Under the pieces are notes generated by a model that was not told where the DNA came from, ran no database searches, and saw nothing but the letters and a program-made list of their open reading frames with translations. DNA of 63,848 nucleotides, the filler included, from Hyphochytrium catenoides (Eukaryota; Protista; Hyphochytriomycota), in NCBI GenBank assembly GCA_900088475.1. It is 11 parts of 11 records of this genome, joined end to end, with 100 filler letters (N's around TTAATTAATTAA, not from the genome) between each part and the next. Parts side by side here need not be neighbours in the genome. Positions count along the whole stretch, not along the records: positions 1 to 27,223 come from FLMG01002336.1; 10 more parts are not named here. One strand, given 5' to 3'. A program made the translations under genes and the position numbers. Below, in pieces: positions 1 through 13,500 of the stretch; the stretch's first letter is position 1, and the number at the start of each line of letters is the position of its first letter.

Positions 1-458
1 GAGAGAGTTATCACGGCAAAGGGCCACCACGAGGAAGTCAAGCCAATGAGGAGAATTCTACCTGACGGTGTCTCTCTCCATATGCAGAGATCTTAAGGGC
101 TACGACAGCCTTTCGACTGGATGTGAGGACTATCTCATGGATGAAAGGTCCTCATGCCGCTGTAAGCGACACGTACTTTCACTACGCAGCTTTGTTGGAC
201 CCAGCCAGTGACAGCTTCGTGATGGAGACCATGGACTTACTCTAGCCCGCATCGCACCTGCCAAGGGAAGGATGATGTTTACTTGTTGATTGGAAACGGT
301 GGCTGAAGCCGATCGTCATTCCTCCCGTCCAAGCCGAGTTGAGAAAGCAATCGGGCTTTACTCCTCTAAAAGAACTATCAACCATTGAGACTTTCAATAC
401 TTGGAAGGCTTGACATATAGAACAGAGAAAAATCTCTCCGCCAGCTTTCTCTTTGCAG

Positions 459-786
459 ACCGCAAGGCTAGCCTCTTCATCTCTCCTAGAGTCTTCTTGC
501 TTCTTAGGACAGCTCACTCTTCGCATATTCTTTGGCAAGAGGAGGGTCATTCAAGCGCTTCTGTCAGAGGAGTTTGAGCATGAGCATGACCGCACTTTTT
601 TTCTCGGAATGGTGGACGTGTTACTGACAGAGGTATGCTTCTGCTTTGTGTCGACTTGGCTGCCTTGTCAGAAAGAAAACAAGAAGAACCTTGCCTCTTT
701 TCCAGAGGCCCAAAGACTCGAACCTAACGGCTTCAAGAAGGCAGCCCTCCCACTTCTCTGCTGGTACTACTTCTCCACGATCATAG
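459..786 (+). CDS. Probable 3' exons of an unidentified gene (hypothetical protein)
   Basis: Acceptor ctttgcag| at 458, open frame TARLASS..VDVLLTE, donor GAG|gtatgc near 632, acceptor ttttccag| near 705 leading to a stop at 786. An alternative acceptor would run to 932. No recognisable domain. Confidence 0.3.
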
Positions 787-1177
787 GCGGTACAATCAGT
801 TTCCTGGGCGAGGTGCTCTCTTACAAAGAATCTATAGCTTATTCCACCCAAGAAGCTCATCGGTGGGAGTCCAATGTGCCAGGCGACTGCAAAGCTGACT
901 GTATAATCGCTGATATATCATTTTGCATATAATAATAGTGCTCCGACTAAGGATAAATAGTTAGTAAAGGCTTGCGTCGAAGAAAGATGGGTTGCCTCTA
1001 TAAAAACACGACGGTAGCTGGACAAACTGAGCCTAATCACTGATAACAAGGGACGAGAAACGAAAGGCAAGCACGGAGATGAGGCAGAACCCTTCCTGAG
1101 GTGTGGATAATAGAAAATAAACGAAGTGAGCAGTAGTGACTTGCTTGCAGAGTTTCTTTACAAGTCCTGCGGTCGGT

Positions 1178-2407
1178 CTAGGAAGCCGACGCTGGCTTTG
1201 GCTCCAACTTCACCGGCTCCTCCCCATTCTTATAGATCCGAGTGACAAGAGTGATGCCAACTGGCGTGGTTCTGGCCCTCGTATCAGCCAAGTGATATTT
1301 CCCATCGACAGAGCGGATCCTATACTTTATCCCTGAGAGCTCTCCAAAGGCCGTCACCTTTTGGATGTCCTGCTTCAGGCTTTCTACATCAGAGCTGTCA
1401 ATAAAGTCGTACAAGCTCTTCCCAGAGAGCTCTTGAGGGTCTATCCCCAGCACACGGCTGTACGACGCGGATGCGAAACAAAAGCTTGTCTTGTTATCTG
1501 TTGTCACCACTGAGATGAGATCGTGACAACTCTCCATGATCATCTTGTACATCTCCAGCTCCTTCACCTGAAGCTTCAGCTGCTCGACAAAGACCTTCTT
1601 ACGTTGCCGGGACTTTCGAGAGTGCTCACGATTCCTCTCCCTGCTTCTGTCCTGCTTGGCGAGCCCATCAGTATCCATATCTCCTCCACCCATTGGGTTT
1701 GTCATTGCCACTGGAAGGGGCCACGTCGTAGTGCCCACCTGCCAAGGCGCCATACCGCCTGATTGTGCTGCATTTTGACTCTGTATCATTCTCATAATCT
1801 CTGGACTGAGAGTTTGCGAGCCAATGAGAGTAGTTGGTTCCACAAGAGCTGTCAGAGCAGATGTGCTGTTGGAGTGGCGCAAGGTGGGTGGCTTAGGAGG
1901 TAAGCCTGAGGGGTTCCTAGTGGGGGACTTGGTACCTCCGTTAGTAAGAGATGAAGAAGTAGGAGACATGGAAAGAGAGCCGACAGAGGATAAGCCTGAC
2001 GTGTTGTGTCGAAGAACGGGCTCAAACGACACCTGAGGTGCCGTTGTCGGAGAGGAGTTCAGAGTTATCCCCTGGTTAGCTGCGTACTGAACGATGGACG
2101 CGGCAGCACCCGATAGCGAACCAGAATTCATTCCTTGCATTCCCAACGAAGCTAATAAGCCATTCAAAGGGTTAGGCATGTGACCATTTACCGATCCATT
2201 TGATGTAGATGACGTTTGCAAGCCCTGGCTTAAGAGATTCTCCGTAGACGGTCCAGGGCTTAGTCCAGCCATTAGCACATCTGCCATCTCATCTTCCGCT
2301 TTACCTTGATTATTGCCGTCAAGGGGCAAGGTTAGGGAGTTTATCGCATCCAATAAGGCATCGTTGTTGCCTGTGGAGAAGGGAGAGAAAGCCCCATCGG
2401 AATCCAT
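1178..2407 (-). CDS. bZIP-PAS transcription factor (aureochrome-like basic region, non-LOV PAS domain), intronless, about 409 aa
   Basis: First ATG at 2407 (MDSDGAFSPF). S/P/G-rich N-terminus; basic region RSRERNREHSRKSRQRKK with the N-x7-R signature; short zipper; PAS fold HDLISVV..FCFASASYSRVLGIDPQELSGKSLYDFI..YRIRSVDGKY. The LOV motif GRNCRFLQ is absent. Confidence 0.9.
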   Translation of the reverse strand: MDSDGAFSPFSTGNNDALLDAINSLTLPLDGNNQGKAEDEMADVLMAGLSPGPSTENLLSQGLQTSSTSNGSVNGHMPNPLNGLLASLGMQGMNSGSLSGAAASIVQYAANQGITLNSSPTTAPQVSFEPVLRHNTSGLSSVGSLSMSPTSSSLTNGGTKSPTRNPSGLPPKPPTLRHSNSTSALTALVEPTTLIGSQTLSPEIMRMIQSQNAAQSGGMAPWQVGTTTWPLPVAMTNPMGGGDMDTDGLAKQDRSRERNREHSRKSRQRKKVFVEQLKLQVKELEMYKMIMESCHDLISVVTTDNKTSFCFASASYSRVLGIDPQELSGKSLYDFIDSSDVESLKQDIQKVTAFGELSGIKYRIRSVDGKYHLADTRARTTPVGITLVTRIYKNGEEPVKLEPKPASAS

Positions 2408-3909
2408 TGTGAACTGTGGACCCGCCGCCAGTATTGGCACTGAATGGAGGCTGAATCGAGATAGTCCGCGGTCCCAACTTCAGTGAGTCAACTAGAGAAG
2501 AGCTCTTCTAGAGCCCGTGTGACGTACTCTTTGGGCGCTACAGTGACACAGGGTTGACTTTTTCTTTGCGTGACCCAGAACCAAACCTCGAAAGCGAAAT
2601 GGACTAATAAAGGGAAGCTAGCGTTCCTTCTCCTCTAAAGTTGCTGCCTATCTCCACTTCGCCTGTTCTGCTACGAGCTATTCTGTCCGCCCACTCCACA
2701 TAGAACTTCCTTTCTATCTGCGTTTGGCGTGTTGCCTCTCGGGTCTTCGTTTATTCCCTTGCAGACAGAGCTCCGTCATTGCGTTCCTTTGGAGCCTGTC
2801 ATTGCGTCAATTTGTATGGCCCGAAAAGGAGTCAGAAGCCACTGCGCAAGTGGCGCCAACTCTAACCAAAGCGTAGTAATATTACCTTGCTATCCTAATA
2901 TTTATTTGTGTAGTAAGGCAGAAACAGGATTTGTCAGTAGTAATACCTCAATCAGTCACACAGTACATCGTTGACTAGCCTGACATTATGTATGTGAGGG
3001 TCGGTGCAGTAATATTACCGAGACGTAGTAATGCTTGGAGGTTGGAGGAAAGTCTTAGGCGTTTGCGGCTATCTAGTCCAAGTTGTGACCAAAGCTATGG
3101 AGGAGTCCGCCTTTCCCTCGGTTCTAAATGGAAGGTGACGACCGCCCCATACCCTACCCTAAGGCTTAATTTATCATAGGTTTTACCTTCAGAGGGAGAG
3201 ACGTCAAGGTGGGGTAGGTTCCTCCGTTTCGTTATTGTTGAAGACTAGGGAGAGAGTTTTAGGAGGGGAACGGGAGTGCTAAAGAAACTTCTTCAGAAGA
3301 GCAGGAGAGGGAAACAGGAAACACAATCCGATTATTTTTGGTCCTCTTGACCTGGACCTGGACTTCAGGTCCAAAAGGACAGGAATAGTAATAGTAGGGC
3401 TTGAAGGGTACCTAAAGCCTGTTATTTGCCATACTAAGCGGTGGAGCAGTAATACCTCTCCGAACCTTGATTGTCACTCGAGAAAGGGCAAGAATTGGTA
3501 TTATCCATATTTCCAGAACCGTTAGAAACCTATTTCTAATCGGTAAATGAACGATTTGGGTCAGAAAATGCGTTTTCGGATGTTCTATGGGGAAAGTCCG
3601 CCCCTTCACCTTCTCAAGAGACCAACAGAGGCCCATTCTGAAGATTTCCAGATTCTTTTTTGAAGCTTTATCGTGGAGAAGAACAGGCTTTCCTGGTCGG
3701 ACTGTATGTGCATATCGCCTTCCCTTGATTGTAGAGGAAGGTATAAAGACTGGATTTTGTGCTAGAAGGAAAGGGGAGGTTCTTGTTTTTGTTTTGGGGC
3801 AAGCATCACTTTTGGAGCACAGTCTGCGAGAGTTCAATACGAAGACCAATCTTGGAGTGCAGTCAGCGACACCTTCCGCTACGGAATTCAGTACACTGTT
3901 GCTACTAGC

Positions 3910-6900
3910 TCATAGCCTTGAGTCCATGCTCAGTGAACGATTGTTATCGGTCCCATATAGTGGGCACTCATCTCTTCGGACATAGAACAGTAGGTAGGCT
4001 GCAAATAAAGACGGTATATCAGCTGTAGCGAAAAGAGGAAATCATAAATGTAGAGCCTCACCTTGGCAGTTTTCTACCTCCTCAGCTGACACAAAGGAGA
4101 CGATCTGATCATTGTAATGCAGCCACCGACCTACAATAGGAAATCGGGGTTAGTATAGAAGTACCAGCGGTCGAGTAAGCCATAGACACCGCACCATACT
4201 GTCCGCTCCATGCGTAGGCTGTAAAGTGTCCTTGGTTCATGTTGTTGCCATGATGGACGATGACCGCGGTGAGATCATAGAGGACACTCTTCTGTTCTCG
4301 AAATGATTCCTCATCACAGAAAGGCTTGATGTCCAATCCAGTCTACATGACACGGAGTTAGTCATAAGGGCCTGCAATCCTCTCTCCCTTCCGACCTTAA
4401 GCACTCTTTCCCTAACTCCAATCCACATGCCAACCAACAGAGTCTACCGTCTTTCGTTATGGCCATACTTCACTTTCCTCTTGCTTAATTGCTCACCAGG
4501 GGAAAGTCGACGTGGGTCTTGATCTTCTGCATCCCTCTGATCCAGTTGGTACGCTGTATGTGCAGCACCAGCACGGGTGGTGCAGCAGTGATCAGTGTTC
4601 TTTTCGTTGCGTCGTGCAGACCGTGACAGGAGTCGCACTTGTACTGGCAGTCGCCCTGCAACGTCTCCTCTGCCATAGTGTGGCCCAGACAGTCTGCCAG
4701 AGAAAAGAGACGAAGCATTATAATATGACAATGGAAGAGGTGTCATTCTGAAAACTTCGATGCACAGAGAGAGACTGAACCCTGCTTTCCACAAGCACAA
4801 CGGGCTTTCCTCGGCATTTCTAACAGCAGGCATAGTTACCTGTCAGTGAACAAGATGAGCCATTTTTGGGGACGACGGACTCGCTGAACTCCGTAGGAAC
4901 TTCTACCGAGAGGGCACCTACATCAGCAGGCATAAGCTTCTCTTTGTTTCATTGTGTATGAACAAAGGCTGCGAAGAACCATCCGGATACGCATTATGCT
5001 GGAACATATGTGCCATGGACAACAAGAAAAACGGGAATAAGACCGCCAGAGCGAAGTCGAGCTCCAACCCTTTCTTCCCTTACTAACAGCGAATGACACG
5101 GCCACTGGGCGAGGCATAGCAAAGGATAAGTCCCGTCATCCTACCGAGAAACGGCGCCTTGGTCTTGGACACTGCCTTGCAATTATGGCAGATAACAGCA
5201 GAGTTTTGCTCTCCTCTAAACAAGCGCCGGATAAAGTTCCTCTGATGTCTGTTGGCGCTATTGCCCGGGGTGCCAGGCTGCGGGAAGTCTGAGTTCCCTT
5301 TGATAATGAAGTCCATTTCTGTCTCTAGCCTGTCTAACATGCTGCGAAGCAGCTCCTCTGCATCCTGCAACGTGACACAGAGAGAGGAACCAACATTAGC
5401 GTGACCTCGGAGAGACACAGAGACGTATCTAAAGGTACGCAATGTTGCGGAGTTCTTTACAGGTCTTTTCCTTCTTACCTGCTGTTTGAATCCAGCGAGG
5501 TTGGGGAACAAGGTCCAGATGGTTGTGAGAAATGAATCGGGCGTGAGTACAACGAGCCTTTCAGCCCAGATTTGTCGAAGAATGTGCTGCAGCTCCGCGG
5601 AGAGCCGGCTGGGAAGGGAAAGGACAGAGAGAGAGGCAGAGACAGCGAAAGAGAGAGACAGAGAGAGAGTGAGACAGAGAGCGAGAGGAAAAATGGAGTG
5701 AGATGAGCAAGACCAAGTGGAAGGAGGGAAATCAAGAGTCTCGCCTTATCCATTGAGAGAAGAGAGTAGCGCGAGAGTAGCGCGAGCACATTCTATAAAG
5801 TCAGTGCTCATCAGCTCATACATTTTCTGTGGGATATCGACTTCTCCATAGTCAGCCAGGTCCTTCAGATCTCGAGGCGTGCAGCGGGGGAGTGCCAGCA
5901 GCTCATCGTCATCCAGGAAAATATTGCGAAATGGGGGTACATTGCTTGTAGAAGAGTAATATATTGTCAAAGAGGAGAGGGAGAGAGAGAGACACAGTGA
6001 GATGCAACGTGAAGGCAGAGAGAGAAAGAGAGAGAGACAGAGAGAGGCACAGAGAGAGGACAAGGGAAAATGGCGTGAAGAAAAGGAGAGCCCTCCTTCG
6101 GTGGTAAGGAAGCACTACATTTCGAAAAAGAGGTTTGATAGGAGGAGGAGATGCAGTGGCACTTGTGTACCTCAAGGCCTGCAGCACGGAGTTCATATAA
6201 CAAGTGTTCCCTAAGTTTCGAAGCCCCGTCTTCCCCGCTAACAATCCACTAGTTTTCCTAGACAAAGGCTCCGGGCCAGTGAATTGTCCTCCAAGCAGAC
6301 CAGCCCTCTCTCTCTTAGCAACGTCTCTGTTCTCCTATACATTCATGTTGGAGATGTCAGGACAAAGAGAGATGCAGAACTGTAGGTTATCTACGGACCC
6401 TGATTGAGTTGAAGCAGCGGCTGATAAGTTGATGCTTCCATTTGGCGATAACAGTTGCAACGATATCCTGCTTCTGGCGTCTGAAACGGAGATCACGTTA
6501 GCCGCATTGGACAGGCTAATAGCCTCTTTCTCTCTGATTCTCTAGCCTCTCTTCCCTCATCTCTCTCTTTCTCTCTCTCTCTCTCTCGGTGCCTCACTCT
6601 CTCTGGATCTTGCATGCCCCCACGTGCGACAAGGCCTCTGTCCTCACGTATCCCTACCTTTGAATAGCAGCAGGAGAGAAGAAAGAGAGATGCAGGGTGA
6701 GCTTGGTAATGATTCTAAGTACTCTCCATTCTGCCTTGGCGTCATGACTCCTTGGCTGGAGCTGCTGTGAGCCCTGCGGAAGCAAGAAGTAAAAAATTAA
6801 ACTTGGGATGTCTCCTGTCTCGGTCTTTCCTTCGTCTCTCCTCTCCTCAATTTGTTTCTGCCTTGCTACTCATTTCCTTTGAGTCCATCATCTGCCCATC

Positions 6901-8969
6901 GGCTTCAGCACACACAGCTGGATCTTTCAGACGAAAGAGCGAAGCAGCCACTCGGATAAGCGTCTCCCCTAGTCCAGAACCTCTGATCTCTCCCATCCTG
7001 GGCTTCCTCAAAGTCGCCCACTCTCTCCCCAAGTCGCTCTTTCCGCCCGCTTATCGCCCCTCCTGCCATCACTTACGCTTCTCGTCCTCCTCTCTCCAAA
7101 GTCCAGGGTCTGTAAGTTTCTTAGTGTGTCCTTGATAAGTTTCACCTCTCCCTTCTTATTGTCATCAGTCAGGGAGGACGAGCAGGTAAAGCTGCCATCC
7201 AAGCGTCGCAAAAAAAATTACAGGGACGGGAGAGCCGGAAGGGTTGGGGTCAAAGAGTGAGCATAGGTAGCAATGTAAGCAGCAGAAGAGAATGGAGCCA
7301 GCTTCCAGTGCATAGGACGAGACGAGACTCTATGGTCAGGAGAATAAGGAGAAACGACAGGCGGAGATTCGGAATGAGAGAGAACTACCTCGGAGAAAGA
7401 GACATCCAGGATCAGAGTCAGGTAGGGAGAGCTAGTAGAGAGGGACACACAAACGTCTGAAGCACTGAAGGACCTCATGATAGGGGCAGCTTACCAGAAT
7501 GTAGAATAATTGCTGGAGTTCATCTCCATGATGACAGGATGCTGGAGAGAGAAAGAGAATAGAAGAGATTGGTTTGGCTGCATATATAGCAGGCTAAGGA
7601 CAGCCAAAAGAGAGAGAAAGAAAGAGAGAATCCCCAAGATAAGACACGCTCTACCACGGACCTTCTCCCTGGAATGATGCTGCTGAATATGTGACGATCC
7701 TTCCCTGTGATGCGCGAGGAGGATAGGGACAGACATAAGGTTATTAAGCCGTGCGGAGCAAGGGAATAGGCCTTCCAAATTCACTGTTCACAGACTGCCA
7801 ACGAAATAGAGGAATATACGGAAAGGAAAGAGAGCAAGAGCAAGAGAGAGAGAGAGGGTACGGCGCCTTCAAGCAGGATCAAAGCGTATACAAGGTATAA
7901 GAGAAGCTCTGGAGAGATGCAATGCGACGAGAGCGATAGAGAGCCATTCCCAGTAAGCGTCATCGCTGGAAGATTGGGAATCCGTAGGAAGGGCATGCCA
8001 ATAACGAAATCATAGTTGTTTCCAAGAAGATATATGAACAGTCAGAGCGACAAAGCGAGAGAATGAGAAACAAGATGGAGGCGAAGAGAACAAGATATGT
8101 GTTCCTGAGTGAGAGAGAGAGAGAGAGAGAGAGCGTAACAGGAGACGAACAGAACACATAATTCTGCCGATGAGAGCTGACCTTCCACAGCCGATGAAAG
8201 AGCAGATAAGGCAGACATAGAGATCCTGCGTGGTCTGACACTTTTGGCAGTTCCACGTGACAGGGTTCGTGATCTTCTTCTGGACGCCCTCGAAGTTCAC
8301 AGCGGAGAGATGACGACAATGGCTCTCTCCTTCCTCCACTCTCTCTCCCCCTCCTTTCAGGCTCTCTTGTTGTCTGCGCTTAGCGAAAGCTGCTATCGAG
8401 AGGACACCAGGTGCCTACGAAGGCGAGAGATGAGGGTTCATATCTAGACAGGTCTACGGAAGTAAAGGTTATAGAAGGTAGAGGAGGACTTAGGCTAATG
8501 TCGACAGAGAGAAGGCAACGAATGAGAGAGAGAAAGAGAGAAAAGTACACGTAGAGCAGACAGAGAGAGAANNNNNNNNNNNNNNNNNNNNNNNNNNNNN
8601 NNNNNNNNNNNNNNNNATGAGAGAGAGAGAGAGAGAGAGAGAAACAATAGAATTGAGTTTTGCTGCAACATAGCTTAGGTTTCTTCTTACCATTGTCAGC
8701 GAGTTACCATTGCGACCTAAGCTCGCCTTGGTCACCAAAGCGGCTAATCGAGGCCTCACGCTGGCGGATCTTATTCCTTTCTCTCCTTCGAGTCCCAACC
8801 TCTCTCTTCTCTGCTCTTTCCCTAGCTGCCCCAGCACTGGTGTCGTAGGAGCCCGTCTTCTGTGGCGCGCAGCAAGAGAAGCTGAAGGGGAAGAAGAGGA
8901 AGAGGCGCCATCTGCCCGAGTGGAGGGAAGGATAGTTGATCTGGTGCGCTTCCTCGTAAGCACTACCAT
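3910..8969 (-). CDS. Ubiquitin C-terminal hydrolase with ZnF-UBP domain, USP44/USP49-like, multi-exon
   Basis: Exon 1 8691-8969 (MVVLTRKR); ZnF-UBP CRHL..WNCQKCQTTQDLYVCLICSFIGCGR; Cys box GLRNLGNTCYMNSVLQAL (~6180-6240); QQ|DAEELL; His box YDLTAVIVHHGNNMNQGHFTAY; WLHYND; AYLLFY; stop at 3910. GT-AG boundaries are phase-compatible where checked. Confidence 0.92.
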
Positions 8970-10572
8970 TCTTCCTCGTCCGATGTACGTCACTTCTCCT
9001 GATGAACTTTATACCTCGAAGGAGGTATCTTCCTTCCTTATCTCCTTTGTGCTCCTCCGCCTATGGAAGCCCCACCTGTCCGTTCTCTCGCTGCGGTTCA
9101 ACTTTCTCGTGCTCTCTTTTCTCCTCGATATGCCTCTGTACCCTCACTCTGTCTAGGATCCTCCTCCGCCGGAGTATCTTTTGTCTCTATACACTTAAAC
9201 GGCAACGACCTGTGTCTACATTCAGCTCAGAAAGGCCCGCCGTCAGACCACTGCTTCTTCTCCTCTCTGGTCTTCTGACTCCGTTACCTCAGGCCGCTTG
9301 CTTGGCCTCTTCCTCCTGCCCTCGCCCAGTGTGCCGCCGTCGGCCTCGGCCGCCCCCGCACTTGCCTTCGTTAGCTCTCCTTGAGCTTCTCCTTGCAGTT
9401 GCCTGCCTTCTGCTGTTTCTCTCTCTCTCAATTCTCTCTCTCCTGTTACTCTGGCTCTGTTAACACTGACAATACAACGGTCTATTACTATCTCATTATC
9501 TCTGTCTCTTGTCAGGCTACTCTGTCTCTACCTTGGTGCATCCCTCGATCCAACGTGATGAGAATTCAAGGGAAGAACACAAGGAGAAGTAACCTCCCGC
9601 AGCCATTAGTAATCATTTGGCGATTATCATAACATTCATTCGGGAACAGCCCTATATGGGGGGTGGGAAAAACCTTCCACGCATTATCTATGGCGTTAGG
9701 AGTCGGGAGACAAATGAACCGTGGAGGAGGCACGCAGAGAGAAGGTAGCCGTTACCGGCACATAAGAACGCAATGAGCTCTCTAATGACAAATCTCTGAG
9801 TGAATAACGGACGCCAGATGAAGATTATTGGGCAATAGACCTCGTGTGACAGGCCTAATAAGCCTCGCTGATGAGGGTTAGGGACGAAGGCATGCCCCAA
9901 CAGGTGCCCTCTTCAGCGCGCCATTGCGAAGTGGCTGTCTAGGCATGTTTCTGGGTTGATAATGAGATAACGCGGGTTCATGACGGACGGAGGGCACTCC
10001 CAAATTTGTGTCTAAATGAATGACGCACGGGATAGTGTGCAACCCGTATTACAGTCAGGGATACCGGCGAAGAAGTGGTGCCGCCATTTATGATTGCGCC
10101 GTCATCAATGATAGGTGATTGCGATCACCACCGCATTGGCGCCATGGATATATCGCACACCCTTGACTCACCCCAGCCATTCACTCCTCGTTTGCAGGAC
10201 CAGATGCCGATCATAAGCCACCTCCTAAGAGCACTCCAATGGGAAGTAAAAGTGTGTCGTTTCATCTAAGACTCGTAATTGCGTTGGCTTTTGAAGCCTT
10301 CATGAGGTTATAGAGCAACACGAGTCGCAGTTCCTTCCCAGTTGTGTCAGGATAGGGATGCAGAAGAATGAGGGTCGTGGCAGGCTTCGCCTGAGTTCAA
10401 GCTTTGCGCAAGGGTGGAGGAGATCTGAGATGCCTTATTATGCCTTCGGTCAGCTGGTTTATGTACATGAGGCTGCCCCAGTGTTAAGGAAGGGAGATTG
10501 ACACCAGCCACCTTGTCCCCTGCCTATCAGGCAGAGACATATGGGTCGTGATAGGCGGGAGAAAGAGACTCT

Positions 10573-13500
10573 CTAACCACTGACAAGCTCTTTGTACTGG
10601 TTCCTTTGAAAGCGTCTCGAAGAGAGGAAGACGTATGTCCTATACATCCTGTCAATCGTGGCCAGCTGCTGAGAAACCAGCAGCTCGTCCCGAACAAGAT
10701 CGTCCAGATCTTGGTCCATCTGCTCCAGCTCTTCCTCCTCGAAGGCAAAGCGGTTTTGGGCGATAAGGTTTCTGAGAGCGTGGAGAAGAAGCAGAAGAAA
10801 GCCTAAGTCTCTTCTTCCCAAGACTGCTCCTCCCTCTAACTCTCCGCCTTCACTGCCGTGTGGCGAGAGGGTCAGACTGTCTGAAGGGGACTCTCCTCCA
10901 ATGTCTTCAGAGAGAGCTCTTAGCTTCTTTCCAAGCGTAGATGCCCGGGTGCGGCCACCTTGTCTGCTCTCCCGTCCTCCCAAGGAGATACCTATATTGC
11001 CAAAGATTGTTAGCGTTATAGCTCCTTGACGGTGCAACAGAGGCTAGCTAAGACAAAAGCGACAACTTCTGAGAACAATCACAGCCTCTGTGACTCTTCG
11101 TTTGCTTCTCTTTCTCTCTTTTTCTGTCCTACTCGCTTTGCGCCGCATTTTCTCTTCGTCTCTGGTCTTCCTCTCTCCTTCTACTCTCACTCGGGTCCTT
11201 CCACTTGTTCATTTCCATGCAATGATCATGCAATGAGGTGGTCGTACCGCTGACGCCAGGCCGATTCCTGAGGTTAAGCATACGTTCGATATCCCGCAGC
11301 AGAAATCGGACTTGCCAGTGCACCACCTCTGCGTCACTCTCCCATTGTCCCTTGTAAAAGCGGTACAGCCCCCGCCACGCAGCTCTTACGCCATAAATAC
11401 TGACCGTGGAGACAGAGAAAGAAAGCGAGAGGCAATCAGCGGAGGGTGCGAGGTTTACAAAGGAGAGAAACAGGAGGGAGAAACCCATACAGGGCGGTCG
11501 TGATGTAGCATGGAAACGGCGTTTGACTTCCGTCCCTGATCGAGGGACTGTCTTCCTGCTTTCTTCGCTTAGTCTCTTTACCGCGCTCTCCTCCTTTTTC
11601 CCGCTCCCTCGTCCTCATGAGGTAGAAATGTCTAAAATGCACTCTATCTGTCATGCCTACCCATAGAATCTTTCTCTCTCCGCCTTCTTATCTCACGCTT
11701 TCCGCCATTGGTCTTCTCTTCCAGATTGGGCTCGCTTACCTTGCGGAGACAGCTAGGAACACAGGGATGGTGGCCATGAGCTCGAGGTTGAGCTGATTCG
11801 CGTCCATCAACTCGTCAATTGCGCCCATTGCCACCATCAGTTCTTTCTTAATAAATTGCACCTGCAGAGAAACAGATACGTAAGAGAAGTGCAGAGATCG
11901 CTGTTAAAAAACGGGAGAGAGAATAATGTATAGTATCTAGAGAGTGAATCTCTTGGCAGAGAAAGATGAGGTGGAAGGAGCACATTGTTGAGACGATGTT
12001 GAAAGGAAAAAAGTTGAGACAGCCAGAGGACAGAGGAGCCACGAGAGCGCATGCACTCTTCTCTTCCAATAGAATTTGTCTGACAGCAAAAAGCGAGAGC
12101 TGCTCATTGACGTATCCACAGAAGACGGAAGAGGAGAACCGGAGAGAAAAGAAAGAGGAGCAAGCGCACCTGAATGAGTAACATCCTGACAATGTCTCCA
12201 GAGAAAATGTTCTTCACAGCCGCTGGGATCTGCCTCTCATAGACACGCGAGACTACTGACATGTCCATAGCAAGGACCAGCCTTCTTCTCTCTTCCTCAT
12301 CAATCTCTGGATATCTCTCTTTGATGAACTCTTCAAGCATGCGCTGCAAGCTCTCTTTAGCATCAACCAACGCCTTTGCATCCGACACTTGGGTCTTCTT
12401 GTTCAGAAATAGCTCTCCTACAATGTTGCTGGAAGGGGAGAGTGTGTGTGTTGGTTGTAGTGAGGAATTAGGGGCCATTAAGACGAAGAGAGGAACACAC
12501 ATGACGGAGTGGAATCTAGGGAAAGGAGCCACAGGCTAGTGTTCATTCTTGCTCAGCAAAGAAACGATCGGCCACAAAAAGTACTAAAGAGACGGACTAC
12601 TGGGCCAACTCTATGCTGCCCCATCGACTTGCTAAGACTAAGAGAGTGAGAGAGAGAGGGGGAGAGGCGCACACAGAGAGAGAGAGAGAGAGAGAGAATG
12701 AATGACAACAGGCCGAGAATAGTCGAACTTAAAAAGGCCGATCAAGATCTCAGAGAGAGCCTCCAAAGACAAAAAGAAAGAGTGCAAATTCCACCGCCTG
12801 CTTGACGGGCTCATACTTAAGAGGCTGCACCATGTGTTCCTCCCAGAACTCTCTGATGCTGTTCTGCGCGGTCCGGGACAACTCGCTGATCTCTCGCCGG
12901 TGAGTGTAGAGCCAGCGAGCGGCAAAGAGCGTGGCCGAGGACATCAGAAAAATCGTCATCCACCTGAGGAAAGGGGCATGGCAGGAGAGAGAGAGAGTCA
13001 GGAGACACGTGGAGGTGTTATTGAAGACGGACGCCCTGGAATGTGAAGGTGCACAAGTGTAGGCAGGACATATAGACGAGCTGGTCCATCTGGAGGGAGA
13101 GAAAAGGTGTCCAGGCTGAGGAAGAAAGAGAAAAGAGAGGGCAGCAAGGTTTTCTCTTTCTAAGGGCAGGGACAGCTCCATGAGAGCAGGAAAACGGAGA
13201 GTAACTCATAGATATATGACAGCAGACAGGGAAGGAGAGAAGAGGACGACGACCGGAGTAGCTCCTCAATTCCTCTTACTTTCTCCTAAATCGACTGGGC
13301 GGCACGAGTCCCTCGAGAGCTTCGTGAAACGCCATGGCATAGTCTGTCTCTAGCGCTGCCGCTCGCCGCAGGAACGCAGCCAGCTCCCGAAGAGATATCA
13401 TTTGTGGCGTGTGTGACACTGGAAGCAAGAAAGATTGGTGAGGTCTTGACTAAAGGGCTAACGAAGTGGACCAACAGGGCAAAAGGCAGTAAGAGCCGAG

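Noticed and set aside
1178-2407. Aureochrome photoreceptor call
   Set aside because: No LOV GRNCRFLQ motif or photoactive Cys.
9640-9710. GVGKTFHALSMA Walker-A-like peptide on the + strand
   Set aside because: Short frame bounded by stops, with no further helicase/ATPase motifs.
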